Shown: piece after piece, positions 34,573 to 48,500 of the stretch | How the letters are laid out: every line of letters begins with the position of its first letter | Numbering within the stretch: position 1 is the stretch's first letter | NCBI GenBank assembly: GCA_035084275.1 | Contig: CM068755.1 | Span: 8,804,001 to 8,868,000 of the forward strand | Length of the DNA stretch: 64,000 bases | From: Hydrolagus colliei | Taxonomy: Eukaryota | Direction: 5' to 3' | Notes under the pieces: model-generated | Told to the model about the DNA's origin: nothing | Databases searched by the model: none | Seen by the model: only the letters and a program-made list of their open reading frames with translations | Translations under genes and position numbers: made by a program

Positions 34573-37500
34573 GTGAGTGACGTCTTGGTTCCTGCTGCAA
34601 GCTGAGGGCTGAGAAGGTGTCTTTTGAAAAGCCAAGCTCTTAAATTCAATTGTTGCTGCACCGTGTTTTGGCTGAAATTTCCAGTCGGTGTCGAGGGTAG
34701 AATCTTTGACCGTGTTAGGCCGATGATGGGATTGTCCCCATTAGAATTGCACATTAGCAAAGGCAACTGGAATTTCAGCTCGTTCATGTCAAACTGAGCT
34801 AACACAATTGCAATCTGTCTTTCATGTGAATGAGATCTTTAGAGGCCAAATATCTGCCGTGTAACCGAGCGTGAAAAACTTTAGGAGCTACAATCCAGTG
34901 GATTTGTAACAGAGATACAGATCTCACCTACAGCTATATAAGGAAGGTGGGGCAGTATATATTTTAGTAGGGCATTGTATTTGAACCGATTGTATGCTTT
35001 GAAATTTCCCTTTGATTTCCACATGGTGAAGCACTATAGAATAATGTGCAGCAGATTTTCCTCTGGTAGAATAAAACATTACTGTAGCTATTCGTAAATC
35101 ACAGTAATATTATCTTGCTGCCATGACATCCCGGGTTGGTTATACTCTGCTGGAGAGATCAATCTGTATAAAGCTTCAAATCAGTAACCAATTGATGAAA
35201 TCGGAAACTCTTGAGAGTAACAGCAATGTGATTTGTTTTTTAAGAAAAGCATTTATTTTAAATGATTGCTTGACAGTTAGTATGTAAGCCAATTCCAGGT
35301 TTCTGTTGCAACTTAGAAACCCATTTTTGTGTGCGTGACTAAATGGGAATTTTTTTTTAACCCAGCTGCTGTTATTCTTCAGAATTACAAAGCGCAACAT
35401 AATACACATTGTGCAACTTTAAATACAATTTACGAACCGACATGTGTTTAACCCTTACACCGCCAAGGTTTTTAAAACACATTTCTGTGATAGTTTTCTT
35501 TTTTTCCCCGAGATTTAGAATTTGCACGTTGTAGGAGTTAGCTCCCTCACTGCAGCTGTCGACTCCAGTCTCTATTCTCCCACTTTACCGTACAAATATT
35601 TTTCTTGACAAACAACAACAAAATTACACTTGTATAGCGCCTTTCCTGTCAGGAAGCTCAGATTCTATCTAAATGAAGGGGCGCTGTATAAATAGAAGTT
35701 GTTGATGTCTAATTTCACTTTGCATGTTGTCATGCTGAAAACTCTTGTTGAGCCATTTCTTTTAAACTAAGATCCAGATTTTGCAAAATCGGAAATCCAA
35801 ATAACTGCAGCAGATCTGCAGAAACGAAAATCTGCAGCAAACCAAAGATGGAGAGTGGATCAAAGATGACTTTATTTATATTAAACGGTGCAGGACTCCT
35901 ACTTTGTTGCATTACACTCCAAAATATTTGAGACTCCAAACCTTCGTTTTGACATCACAAATATTTGCTTGCAATTGATGGCATGATCCATTTTATATTT
36001 AAAAAAACAAAAGTGCAATTTGCAAACATTACCCATCACTGCCAATATAGTACTTGAACGTTCATTTCAGGGCTTGGTTCAGAGAGTATTGGTTGGAGTA
36101 GATGAAATGGTTGCTTTGATACAGCCTGCCAGTGACCATGAATTTTTAATAACACACAAACTCTCATACATTTTTCATGTCATAGCTATCTCAAAATGTA
36201 ATCAGGGTCTTATGAAACAGGTGGTCTAAAACATTACAAATCATCCCTTCGGATTCCCTGAGGGCTCTTTATAAACTAAAAGATAAAATTTTATGAATCT
36301 TTCTCTGGTGGAGGATTTAATTTTTTACCACAGATTTTTTTTGAAAAAGCCGCCGCCTGTGGAATACATAATATGAGTTTGTTGTGATATTGGAAGGATG
36401 GTTTGATTAGACCTCTGTGTCCATTATTCATCTTGCATATCCCGAAGTGAAATCAGAAAGCCTCTCAGCACAGTCATTCGCGCTTCGTTGATGAGGCGGA
36501 TGAATTCTTAACAAATAATGGATCCACTTTACAGCTGATCTGATATCAAATGCCTGACAGGACATTTTGAATCCGACAAAAGAGAAGATTTGTTTTGGTG
36601 TTTTTGTTAAATAAAAGGTTGACTTTAAATGCCCAGCTTTTGAGACCTAACATTCCAACTACCGTAATTGTGGCTTGTAAGACTATTTTAAGACTGCACA
36701 GAATTGTGGAAACTAAATGCGAAGAGCTCTCAATTTGGAAGTTGTTTTCTGCATTTTAAAATAAAACTTGTAAATTCATACTGCATTTAAAAATTTTGCA
36801 CAATCTTAACATTTTAAGACAGTATCAGTGACCTTGAGGACCAAGACTGGGTGAAATAGTAAGCCTTGGAGATTTAATAAAATCTTCTGGAGCTTTGCAA
36901 ACAAGAGCTCGAGTGAGATTGGATGATTTAATTCAAATTCCTCTGAAGGCTGGCTCTTTGTTGTTGAAAAAGAAAACCAATATCAAAGCTTTGTTGATCT
37001 GTTTTTTTAAAAAAAATTCTCTCCTCCTGCAAAATACTAGCAGAGACATCACAAGAAATATCTTTACAGTGATATTGAAAGCTCAGTCAAAGCTTTTGTG
37101 TATCGAGCTATTCAAAGGCTTGATTGAGTCCTGGTCTACACTGAGCCAGATGATCTCTGTTGGAATGACACTAACAGTGCTAGAATCTGCCTCTGTTTCC
37201 CAGTAGGGAGGAAACAAACAAGCTTTTAGCTTTCCTAATCGCAATCTAATGACTTCTGCTGGAGATGTCTGTACACCTATCGGCTGATGACTGAATCATG
37301 CTCTGCCATGATGCCTTTCCTGTTCTCCCACAGTTGATTAGACATAGATGGAATCGATGTATTGAAGTGGGGAAACATCTGGTCCAAAAAAGTAAACAAC
37401 CACAATTTACATTTATGTAACACCTTTCATGTCAGGAAGATGTCTCCAAGTGCTTCACATGGCTGACTGGAAGCCTGAGCTTGGAAGATGAGGAGGGCAA

Positions 37501-38335
37501 GGTGGCCAAACGCACAGTGAAAGGGATGCATCTTAAACTGGATTTTGAGAGGAGGGAGGGGGCGAGGTGGAGGTGTTTGGGGTGGGGGCTTCATGGCAAT
37601 AGCTCATCCACTGATGTTGGGAGAGTGGACAGGGTAGGAGATGACGCTAAAACTAACAATTGTGTTTGATCAAATGATAGGTTTGATCCTCAGAATTTGT
37701 TTGATCATTTCACATCCAGTATAGTAACATCCACAGGGTTAGTCTGCAAATTTCTGAAACTGGATTATTTGGGGCGAGGGGGGGAGAGGGAATTCTAACC
37801 ATTCCTTTTTCTAATAAATTGTGTAATCTGGTCAAAGGGTAACCATATACTGTGCAGATGAAAACCTGTACAATCAGAGCTGTAGCTTTTAGGTGAAGTT
37901 TGCCCCGCAGGAGAAGAAGGGGTTAATTTCAGAAATCCGACACTGGGAGATGAAAGGGATGACTTCTCATGTAGAGATGCTTTCGATATCTTACCCCATC
38001 ATTGTGAAAATAGTGACCTCCGGCACAATGGGAACCGCACTGAAAGAACACAGAAGATGCTCTTTGCTGGAACCCTCCTCCCTTCCCTTCAGTTAATGAG
38101 TACTCATTACACCCATTAATAGGTGAACTTTTCAGAATTATTTGCACAGGACATTTATTACTCATGAGTTCATGCGTTTGGAGCCAGGCCTATCTTTACT
38201 GCAATATGGATGTTTTGCTTAGCTTGACATTAGTTACATCTGGTTAAAGTGGCTATGTAGAGATAGGGTATAGGCTTGCTCGGTGTTTTATATTGGGAAT
38301 CTGATTTGCAATGTTTCAACTTGCTTCCTTTGCCT

Positions 38336-38652
38336 TATTATAATAATAAAAATAATAATCCTTGCATTTGATATAGCATTTTTCACAACTTCGAGACACC
38401 TTGAAGAGCTTCACAGAATATACTGCAAAGTGAATTGACTGTATATTTGTGGACGAAACAGCAGCTGATTGCGCACAGCAGTGTCCCACAAAGAGTGGAT
38501 TGAATGACCAAATTATTATTGTTTTTTTCTGGAGGGATTATTAACAGACATGTGGAGTAAGGAAACTTGTTCAAGGTTTCACCCTGCTGGGAATTGAATC
38601 CAGGTCTCCAACATGCGAGGCAAATCTTCTAACCACTGAGCCACAGGACGCC
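38336..38652 (-). mobile_element. Full-length tRNA-SINE, short form
   Basis: Reverse complement of the SINE including head (taaccactgagccacaggac) and tail. Confidence 0.9.
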
Positions 38653-39777
38653 TTTCCTGTCATTTAAAAGGTGCCTCCTGAGGTAATGCCCCACCTAGTT
38701 TGTATCAGCAACATGAGATAATGAGACCAAATTTAATATTAAATTGCGGAGGAGAATGAGATCATGAATTTCCAGAAAGGATGACTTACTACAGGATCAG
38801 ATGTCTTCGGATCAAATCAAATTTCTATCTTAAATAAATGAATAAAATGTATCCTTTATTTGGACTTGCCTTCCAGTGTTAAGGAACGAGCTGCGAGTGA
38901 CTTATTTTTATGGGCAAATATTATTTTGGCCAGATGAGTACTCTCTAAACAGCCGTGAAGTGACTGGCTGCCAAAATGATCTGGGGAATTGTTGGCCAGA
39001 TCATGACTAGGAACTGGCATGACTCACTCCCAGACAATTTGGAACATGATCAGAGGTAGTAATGACAGGATTTATTGGAGGAGTGATTTTAACTTGGGTC
39101 CCGAATAGGACTGAAATGCTTTATTTACTGGATTCAGGATTTCATTTCTGTAGATGGTATTCGATCAATGTAATAACCTGGGTGAAGGTGAAGAAATTGT
39201 TTGAATTGTTTGAGCTTTAAGGTAAATCCTTTTTAGATGAAAGGCGAATTCTATAGGTTGTGAAAGAATTGGTGGGATGCATTGTGCTGTCTGAGCTGAA
39301 AGCAGATTGGAATGTATTTGTAACTCAACAGGGCTTGTAAGCTTTGTGTTAGCAGCAGAATGAGGAGTGACAGATATTTAGTACTCTCTCACTGTTCCTT
39401 TGTAAGAAAGCAACACTGATCATTGTGCATCCGTGCTTTGATGGTGCCTCTGAGACAATAAATACCTCATTAGAGCTATCCACTTTCAGCTTTTTACAAT
39501 CTCTCCCCCTGATCTGAATTTTATTCGATGGTAAGGATCAGTGGCAGGGGTATTTTTTGTTGTGGGTTGTTTTTTCAGCCACACAGTTGCACCTTTCTGC
39601 TCACACAGGCATGACAGGGCAGCGGGACACATATAAATAATCATTTGCTCTATATTGCTGGGGTCCTGTTGCCCTCCTCTTTTCTGTTTCTCTTCTCTCC
39701 TCCCCACCCCATCCTAAGCCTCAAAATAATATATCTGAACAGATGGTTCAAACCTGGGAATTTCAACAATAACTGTT

Positions 39778-39937
39778 GGTCACTTCAATCCACGATTGTT
39801 TGTGGGACACTGCTGTGCGCAATTGGCTGCCGCATTTCACCTACAAATATACATTCAATTCACTTTACAGTATATTCTGTGAAGTGCTTTCAGATGTCTA
39901 GAAGACGTGAAAATGCAATCAAAGGTGAGGATTATTC
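39778..39937 (+). mobile_element. tRNA-SINE 3' half
   Basis: ggtcacttcaatccacgattgtttgtgggacac...ggattatt. Confidence 0.88.
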
Positions 39938-41782
39938 AAACTATTTAGTTTTTAACTTTCAAGTAAGAAGAAGTCTCAAAAATGCTTCCTGACCTGGTCA
40001 ATGCCTTGGAACTTCTACCCGATGTGAAGTGGGGGCTATATATATGCAACTGGCTTGGATGACTATCCAGCACAGCAAAGTGCTTTGAAATGTTCTCCTG
40101 AAAGACGCTGTACAAATTCAAATCATATTATCATCAACAGAATTGGGAAGCTCAGACGTTCTCTGGACGTTAATAAATTAATATTTTAGCCTTTTTTCTA
40201 ATTTACGGCTGCTCTTAGATTTTTTCAAATTATTACCATTAGGCTGAATTTTCACAGTATTGATGTACATTGGCACAGGTTGACTGGCTTAGTTTGAAGT
40301 GTTGAAAAAAGACTGGTTTCATTGAATGGGTGACTATGATCTGTAGCTTTAAACTAAGAACAGAAAAGATGGTCGGGTAACTCCCCATGAATAACAGTGC
40401 TTGTGTTTCCAGCAGCACAACACACAACTCACCCATCAACATCCTACAGCCCGTGTGATTGGGTTGGGCGCAGTAGAACATGACTATACATTCAGACCAC
40501 CAATGATTGTAATTGTCAGTCTCTCGGGCAGTTGCTGGGGGGAATATTGTGTTGTCAAGTGAAACCGACATTTGCGTCAGTCCCTGGCCAATCAAATCTA
40601 CACCAGGTGTTAGTTAATCCACAGAGGTTTGCTGGCATCAGAATTGCACAGGTGTCTATAAGGCTTGCTTCCCCTTCTATCAGGCTTGTGAAGTACTGCA
40701 TTGTACTTGCAGTTACACGACACACCTATTTTCCATTATAGGTCTAGCTGGAGCAGGGTGGGCTCCATACAACCTGAATTACACAAAGTGTAGGAATTGG
40801 GCTGTCACGCTTCTTCCAAAGGCCTGGTGAGAAAGCCACAGCTCAGTTTAGAACTGAGCCACATACTGTATGCTAGTTAGGTTGCATCCCTTGTCTATGT
40901 TGTGTTAGCTGATCTCAGTTGGGACAGCAGTTCACAATTTGTTGCAATTTGCCTCATCTGTTCCCCAGGGCGAGAGAGGGAAAAATCAACCAAGGTTTCT
41001 GCTCCTGCTTGTTATTTTGATACCTGCACTGGAACCTGGTGTGCATGTGAGAATGAGTGATCAACTGAAGTTGCACCCCCTACACTCCCCTTAATCCGCC
41101 CTTCCCCTCACAAAGACTATTGAAGCTGACACATAAAGAATGACCACATGGCTTGGCTACCAGCACGTAGTTGGCATCTGAGGAAGGAATACGGTGGTGG
41201 AAAAGGCTTAGCAATCCTCTATGTCTTTCCACCTTTCTTCGCTCCCCACAAATGTTCCACATTACAAACACGTGGGAGTAATTGATTATTGCCGAAGGCG
41301 GGTTGGGTGTCTGAACAAAGTATAAATTCATACGGGTGTAAATCAAATCATCCAAACGCTTTTCTGAAGCTTTTGTTTGTGGCTAATTATCACATGGAAA
41401 CCAGCCGCTATGTACTAACAAGCTGCAGAGTGTAGCTGATTAACACACGGGGAGCGGCTGGCTCAGGCACCATCAAAACAAACCACTTCAGAGAGAAATG
41501 TATCAAATGTCTTTTCAAACCAGACCTTCATTAATTTTTAATCTACTGTTAGCTTAGAGGAGGAGTGAAAGAGCAGACAGGTTGCAGAGAAAATTGAACA
41601 TCTTCAACCAGCTATCAGAATATTGTAACGACTCTAGAGATGTGGCATTGCTGTTTGGCAATGCTAGGGACAGAGCCATATTTATTGGAAGTTTATCTAT
41701 GTTTTCTTTAGAGTTTACACTTGAACTCAAGTTTCTTGCTAATCATTGAGAGTTGAAAATAACTGGGAATTTTACCCTGAAA

Positions 41783-42245
41783 CAAAACAAAAATACAATA
41801 CAAAATTATATTTGTAAAATGGCTTTCAAGTTTGAAGGACGTCTCAAAGTGCTGAGCAATCAGTGATTAGGACCAGAAGAGTGGGGGGTGGGGGGGGAGA
41901 GGAGGCCTTGAAAGAGGCAAGTTAAGTGAACGAGGAGAAGGGAATGTGGTATGGAGTATCAGAGGGTGGAGCCAAAGAGGCTGAAGGCCCAACCGCCGAT
42001 GATCTGGTGGGCTGGGTGGGGGCATGGAGCAGACTGGAGCCTGCTGAGCAGAGGGAGCTGACAGGTTGGTGAGGGGTTAGCAGGTCAAAGAGGTAGGAGG
42101 GGGCTAGGCTATGGAGTGTCTTGAAGATGAGGATGAGAATTTTGAACTTGATCTTCTGAGAGATGGGGAGCCGGGCGAGGATGGGTGTGATGTGGTCAGG
42201 GAGCCTGGGGGTTCGGGACATAGGGGTTGAGTGAGGAGGAGGGGA
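41783..42245 (-). mobile_element. L2 LINE 3' fragment
   Basis: Translation DHITPILARLPISQKIKFKILILIFKTLHSLAPSYLFDLL (L2 ORF2 C-terminus) plus tail. Confidence 0.88.
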
Positions 42246-44997
42246 CAGAGTACTAGTAGGAAGCCAGAGGCACCAAGAGGAGGTACCAGATAGTGGAGTG
42301 GGGGAGAAAACAGATCAGAAACGTAGGGAGGTACCAAAAACAGCGTTATTAAATATCTCATCAGCACAATTGTCCCTGGTGTCCTCTTGATTCTTACTAA
42401 ACAAAAAGTGCATCCGCTTCTAGGGCAGCAATGGTTTACTGTTCTCTGCGGGAGACTTGGTGGCTTGTAGGGGGAGGGGAATAATGGTGATGTGATTATT
42501 ACCATTAATAACTATCACATCACTCATCCCCAGTGATGATCATCACACATTTTTAACCCCCTTGTTTCCACTCTGTAATACAATACAGAGAGCAAGTGTC
42601 ACACATGAAAGGCAGTTCACAGCCTCGTGTGTAGAAGTCCCTTGTGGGTGTGTGTTCGTTGAGGGACAGTGAACAGAATGTAAAATTAACAATCCTTATT
42701 CATAGAGTGCTGATGTGTCCCCAAGTATTGAGTATATAAAGTACTCAGTTTTCAGCTTAATGAACACGAACAATGGAGTTAACCTTTAAATCTGCTGCAT
42801 TAAAATAATGAAACAAAAATGTGCTTAATTTTACAATTTTATTCAATATGTTAAGTTTATTTAGCCTTTGAGGAATTCATTCTCTTCCCCTCCCGTAAAG
42901 ACATTGACTCCAACTGATCTGTGCATTTCTAAACTCCCTCCACTACCTTGCCCAAATAGTCAATATCCTACTGAGAGCCCAGACTGCGTTGGCAAAATAT
43001 ATAAAATAGTTTGCCCACAAAATACACTTTAAAATGCACTGTGAAGCTCTTCCATGTGTCTCAATGATGTGATAAGGCACAATATAAAATGCAAGCATTA
43101 TTATGATTAATATATATTGTGTGTATGTGTGCACTGATCCAATCCACACACCCGTGGTTTGCAGCAGGATTTCCCTAGATAGAAATTGGTATCGGGAACC
43201 TGGAGCGTCGTGCCTCATTATAGTACCTAGAAATGGTCCCTGACAAGATGAGGCAACTCAGCACAGAACAAATCTGGCATCTTCCTAGACTGTATTTAAT
43301 AATAATAATCCTTGCATTTGATGTGGCACTTTTCACTTCTTCAAGACGTCTCAGTGACACATTGAGTGGTGCCTTTTACCATTTCCAAAGGGTAAAAGAA
43401 AGCATAGAACAAGACTGGGACTAGTATTTATACAGCACAGAAAATCTATAGTACTTTATCTGTAACGTTAATTCATGATCAGTGGTGCTCTGGCATAAAG
43501 TTGCACTAACACAAACTCTCAATAAATATTGGAAGCTTTTTGGCAATCAATCACAACAACAGCAACTTATTTGCAACAACAGTATTTAGATAGCACCTTT
43601 CACACAAGGTAGCATTCCAGAGCGCTTCCACTCTGGTCCAAGCAAAGCCCATAAAATATCCATAGCCCTGATTTATTGCTTAGATCCCAATAAACCGCAA
43701 ACTCCTGAAGCCTCAAATTGCCCTCAGTCTTTTTTTGTTTTAAAATTGGAGATCGTTTTGAAGATCAAGTAGAATTGTGGGAAAAGAATATATTTTTGGC
43801 AACTGGCTTCCTGAGTTTCTCGGAAAAAAAAGTTGGCTTCCAGGGTAAGAATTTAAAGAATTCTGCTTAATCTTAAATTTTGCGACATTATGGTATAATA
43901 ACAGATGACTGAGTGGAGTCTCTGGTCTCCGATCTTCAATCTCGTGAGCTCTGTGTGTGCTCCGGAACACCTGAGTTTGCAAGTTTGCTGTCAAGTGTAG
44001 CATCTGCAGGCACCACAAAACACGTTGTTGGTTAAGAATTTGTGGGTTTTGCTTGCAACAGAGTGGAAGCAAAGAAAGGGTCTGTATAATGAGACTGTGT
44101 ATGTGTAGAATTGATTTCATCTGATTAGTAGTGGCTGGTCATTACCCGTCCTGCCTTGGGGGCCTGAACTAATGCTAATCCCTTTGCAAGTGAGCCCGTT
44201 CATATGACTCTCTGAACGCAGAGATCGCCCATCCTGTTACAACACTGATCCCTGAAAGAAGCACAACATTAAGTCAGCAGGATTAGCTGCTGGGAATCTC
44301 ACAAGGTCTGGAGAGCAAGTAATGGACACTGTACCCTTTCTTTCTCCTGTTGCTAAGAAATATTAAGCCCTTCAAAAAGGAGAGAGGCTGAGGCATTCCG
44401 TTGTCTAATTGGCTGTTTCTAGATGCTTCTACAGTGAAACCAGTATTGCAAAACTCTGGAGTCTAATGTATTTTATATCAATATGTATTTTACATTTAAA
44501 AAACATTTTAAATGAGACTCCATGGGACATGATTCACATTTCTGGAGTTGACTCACAAGTGATAAGTTCTAATGACCAGATCCATGAATAGAGTAGAAGT
44601 CATTCTTTGGGGACTCATAATGTGTGGTGGTAGTAGATAGCTCAAATAATAGATTGGTAAAGACCTAGCTACTGTATATGGGTTCAGCATGGCATTGCAA
44701 TCCCTCACTGGTTAGGTCCAGGACAGCTTGCAACGATGAATGTATACAACACTATTAATAATTCTTGCATTTGGTAATGCAAGGGTTGTGTTTAATAATC
44801 CATTCAAACTGTGCACCTCCAACATGCAATAAGAGTATAGGCAATCTTAAAAATAGGTTTGATTCTACTGGGGTGGAGAGAAGGTTAAGAGATTTTAACT
44901 GAGACTACAAGGAACAATATGGTAATATTGTACTTGCAGCTCTGTAAATGAGCTTTCCTTTGTGAAATAAGAAGTTTGAATTACTTTTCATTTTTAG

Positions 44998-45125
44998 AAA
45001 GAGCGGGTCCGATGAGGACAAACAGCGTGAAGCTCAGGGTATTACCCATGCCACCGTGCAGCCAACACACTCTCCATCCTGGGAGGAGAAGTTAACTTTG
45101 GAGGTAGATGCTGAGACAGAGGAAG
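44998..45125 (+). CDS. CCDC33: CCDC33 coding exon 5 (KSGSDEDKQREAQGITHATVQPTHSPSWEEKLTLEVDAETEE)
   Basis: Acceptor tttcatttttag, phase 2 in, donor AAG|GTAAGA phase 1 out. Matches recalled human KSTSEEK...TSEPTRAPIWGDTVNVEI. Confidence 0.92.
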
Positions 45126-45309
45126 GTAAGAGTTTGACCCCCTCTATACATGCTTGTCTGGTCCATCTTTGGTCAGTGCTGAGACACTACTATTAGCCTC
45201 AAATTGTAATACAGTACACCAAGTCCTCTGGCCTGCATAGCTCAGTTCCATTTTGAGCCATTGGAAAAACTGACTCACTTTTATTTGTATGTTATGTAAG
45301 AGAGACACC

Positions 45310-45393
45310 TGTGTGTTGTATGTATGTGTGTATATATGTATATGTATATATGTATATATATATGTATGTATATATATGTATATATATATATAA
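45310..45393. repeat. (TA)n/(TG)n microsatellite
   Basis: Read directly from the sequence. Confidence 0.95.
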
Positions 45394-47885
45394 ATAGGGG
45401 GAATATGTCCATTCTTTCTATTGATGAAGGGTTAGTTGGCTGATAGATCTCCCATGTGCTCAATGGGCTAGAACTTCTATCTAGAACATTAATTATATGA
45501 GATGACATCACTGACATAATTCGGAGTATTGAGGGGAAAGTTAGCGTCAATTGCAGAGCTAAAATCCAGAGATTTTTAAACACTTGTTATTAGGAACTGT
45601 GATGGTCCTGTCCAAACCATTTGAAAGGTCTTAATGTTGTACTCGGGTTGGGGAGGATTGGCAATACGTCTGAAATTGAGACATATATCCACTAATAATA
45701 AGACTGCAGTTTCCTGCACGTGGTACACAAGCACAGCACAATTCTAGAGATCAGCAGAATGCTAACAATCCCTCAAAATGCTTAAGCAAGCAGTCGGGGC
45801 TGAATTTGCCGGCTTTTGTATACACAAGTGGAGTAAGGTGTAGTCCCTTCGACCATCCTGGAAATGCTGACAAACATCCGGTCTGCAATATTATAATCCT
45901 GGGGTCCCGTTTTACAGACTCCACTTACTGTGTTTTAATAGGGTCAGTGTATACAAATATTTGTGTGTGATCATACAGACAAGAGATTGCTTTTGTAAAT
46001 TCTACATACAACTTGCCTAGAAACGTGAAAATTCCAAAAGCCCTTTTGAATTATAACATTGAGATTAACCCTGCCATTTAAAAAAAAAAACAATGTACTG
46101 TATATATTTGTAGTGGTGCTATCCAGTTTTGCTCTGTTGTTCTCTCTCTGTTTGGACATCACAATCCATTTAAAGTGAGTGTTCTTGTCTGTGTGTGTGC
46201 ACATAACAAAGATTGGGAAGCTAGCACTATCCTGTTTCACCACTTAACCCATTGAAAATGGGCAATGATTGGAGGGACTGACTGAAGACATTGACCTAGT
46301 CTTTCTCCATACTGTCATTATAATCGATGCACTTTGCTGCTCTTTGCACAACAGAGTGTCGTGGGTGAGGGATAAAAGCCAGTAGGCGGTAGCATTGATT
46401 GCAGCCGAATACATTTATTCATGTGAAAATGACTTTTTTAAAAAAAAGTGGAAAGGCAATTTTGTGCTCTGGTAGCTAATTATGATGTGTGTGAAGGTGC
46501 AGCTAGCAGCCTGATTGCAGTCTCTTCAGCATTTAATAGCTGCTGGAGTAACGCTGTGAAATGACTGTTGGTATGTGCACAGCATGCTTATTCAGTCACC
46601 AAAAACGGCACTTACAGGACAAATGAACGTTTCAGCATTTGTGGTGTTCTACAACACGGTGCTCACACTACAAATTTGAAGGTAATGCCCTCATTAAAGG
46701 TTGCAGTGTCAGACTTTTGTGCTGTCAATGTTTTTGAGCCGTGAGATAATACCAATTTTCCTGCCTCGAAAACAGATGTGGTGTTTTCGAGTGGAATTGT
46801 ATTTTTTTTCAGCTCGTGCACGTGTCCCGATAGATTTGACGTTTGTGTTTTGTTTTTCCTCGATTTGAGTATGGCTTTTGGAGGCTCTGTGAGTTAATGT
46901 TGCAACTCATAGATTATTGACCGAGTTGTAGTTTGAGGGGGTCAAAGATCAGTTTGGCAGACATGATTGGCCCTTGTTATTATTAATGATATTCCTGCCC
47001 GCTCTGAATGTCAGTGGCAGTGCTGCAGGGATGTGCTTATAAATAGGGATGTTGAAATGTTTGAGAGAGTCTACAAAAACCTGGAGGCAGAAATGCTACC
47101 CCCATTGCATCTTCACCAAGCAAAATGACAAATCGAATGGTTCATTGGCTCTCTAAAATTAGGCATTTACAAACTAGAAGTTGCTGTGCTAACTGTGACT
47201 TTGATTTGTTGTGATTTGCGCAGGCATTTGTTGCCATCTTTCCTATTTGATCTTGTACTATCTGGAAAACCACCTCTTACACCTCTCGTTTCATTGTTGT
47301 GCTGTTTCTTATACACCTTGTGCCTCTACATTTAACCACTTTTCTAGTAACGTGTTCCTACTGTTGATTAACCTATGTCTTAAGAAATACATTCTGGTGT
47401 GTCCTCTAAACTTGTTCTTCACAACCCTGAACTTGTGAATTATTTTGCTGTCCTTGCCTTGCTGTATTTGAGTGTATCTTTGGGTCTATTCCATTTAGCA
47501 TCTAACATACTTTCTCTAAGGCCCGCTATGACATCTCTCTTTTGAGGCTTATCTTTATCCAATTGATTCTCACAGTTCATTTCTCTAACACCATCATCTT
47601 CATTATTCTTCTCAGGATTACATCTCTGGTCTCCCCCCAGTGAGTAATTCCTTGATTACAAGTAACCTCCTCTGGTTAAAGCATCAACCTCCCTGCAGTG
47701 ACTTATCTAGTTAGTATAAGCATTGGCAGCACTATCTACATCAATGAAGCATCTGAACTGAATTTAAAATTTGCTTAACCAAATCGAAGCAGAAAAGATG
47801 CCTTTGTAATGATTTTTGCAAACACAGTCCAGGCACATGGGTTCACCAGCAGCTGGTAGTAGTTGACGAGGAGGAGGAAGTAAAA

Positions 47886-47929
47886 GAACAATTAATTCAT
47901 AGCTGGAACCAGCTATGAATTAATTGTTC
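47886..47929. repeat. Perfect 21-bp inverted repeat with 2-nt spacer
   Basis: GAACAATTAATTCATAGCTGG-AA-CCAGCTATGAATTAATTGTTC. Confidence 0.97.
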
Positions 47930-48079
47930 ATAGCTGATCATAGTGAAGAGCTAGCAACTGGGCTGCTTAGGAAGCAAAGGATCAGTTGGAGATACCCTGA
48001 TGAAATGAATGGTGTTTTGATGGCTAAACCAAAGCCAAACATTAAAAGTTAAGTTCTATACTCTTGTGTGCCAGTGCTT

Positions 48080-48500
48080 TTATTAAACATTTTCAATGCA
48101 TTGTATTCCAACTTCGGCTTCCCTGAAATTGAAGCTATCTCCTCCAACGTTGTTATGGTTGATTGCTTGGGCTGAACTCAATAGAATTTCAGCATTTTGT
48201 TCAACTCTGAGCTGGGTTTCAAGCCTTGTATTGTATCCCTGGCCAGTCTGAAGTATTGTCCCTACCTCTTCACCACTGCTCCTGAAACCTTTTAACTGTA
48301 CCTTCGTCACATTGACACAAGATTTCCTCAAGGCTTTCTTCACTAGCTCCATTCCACGTAAATGTCAAAAAATTCAATGTTCTGCCCTAACCAATCTCCC
48401 ACCAACTCCTATCCCTGCTATGATTAATTAGCTCTGTATCTATCCCCCAGGACATTCTTTCAAAATCTTTATTCTCATTTCATATGGCTTGATCTGTGTC
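48080..48500 (+). mobile_element. Highly degenerate L2 RT fragment
   Basis: Pyrimidine-rich stretch ending in tttcaaaatctttattctc (FKILIL-like). No intact frame. Confidence 0.45.
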
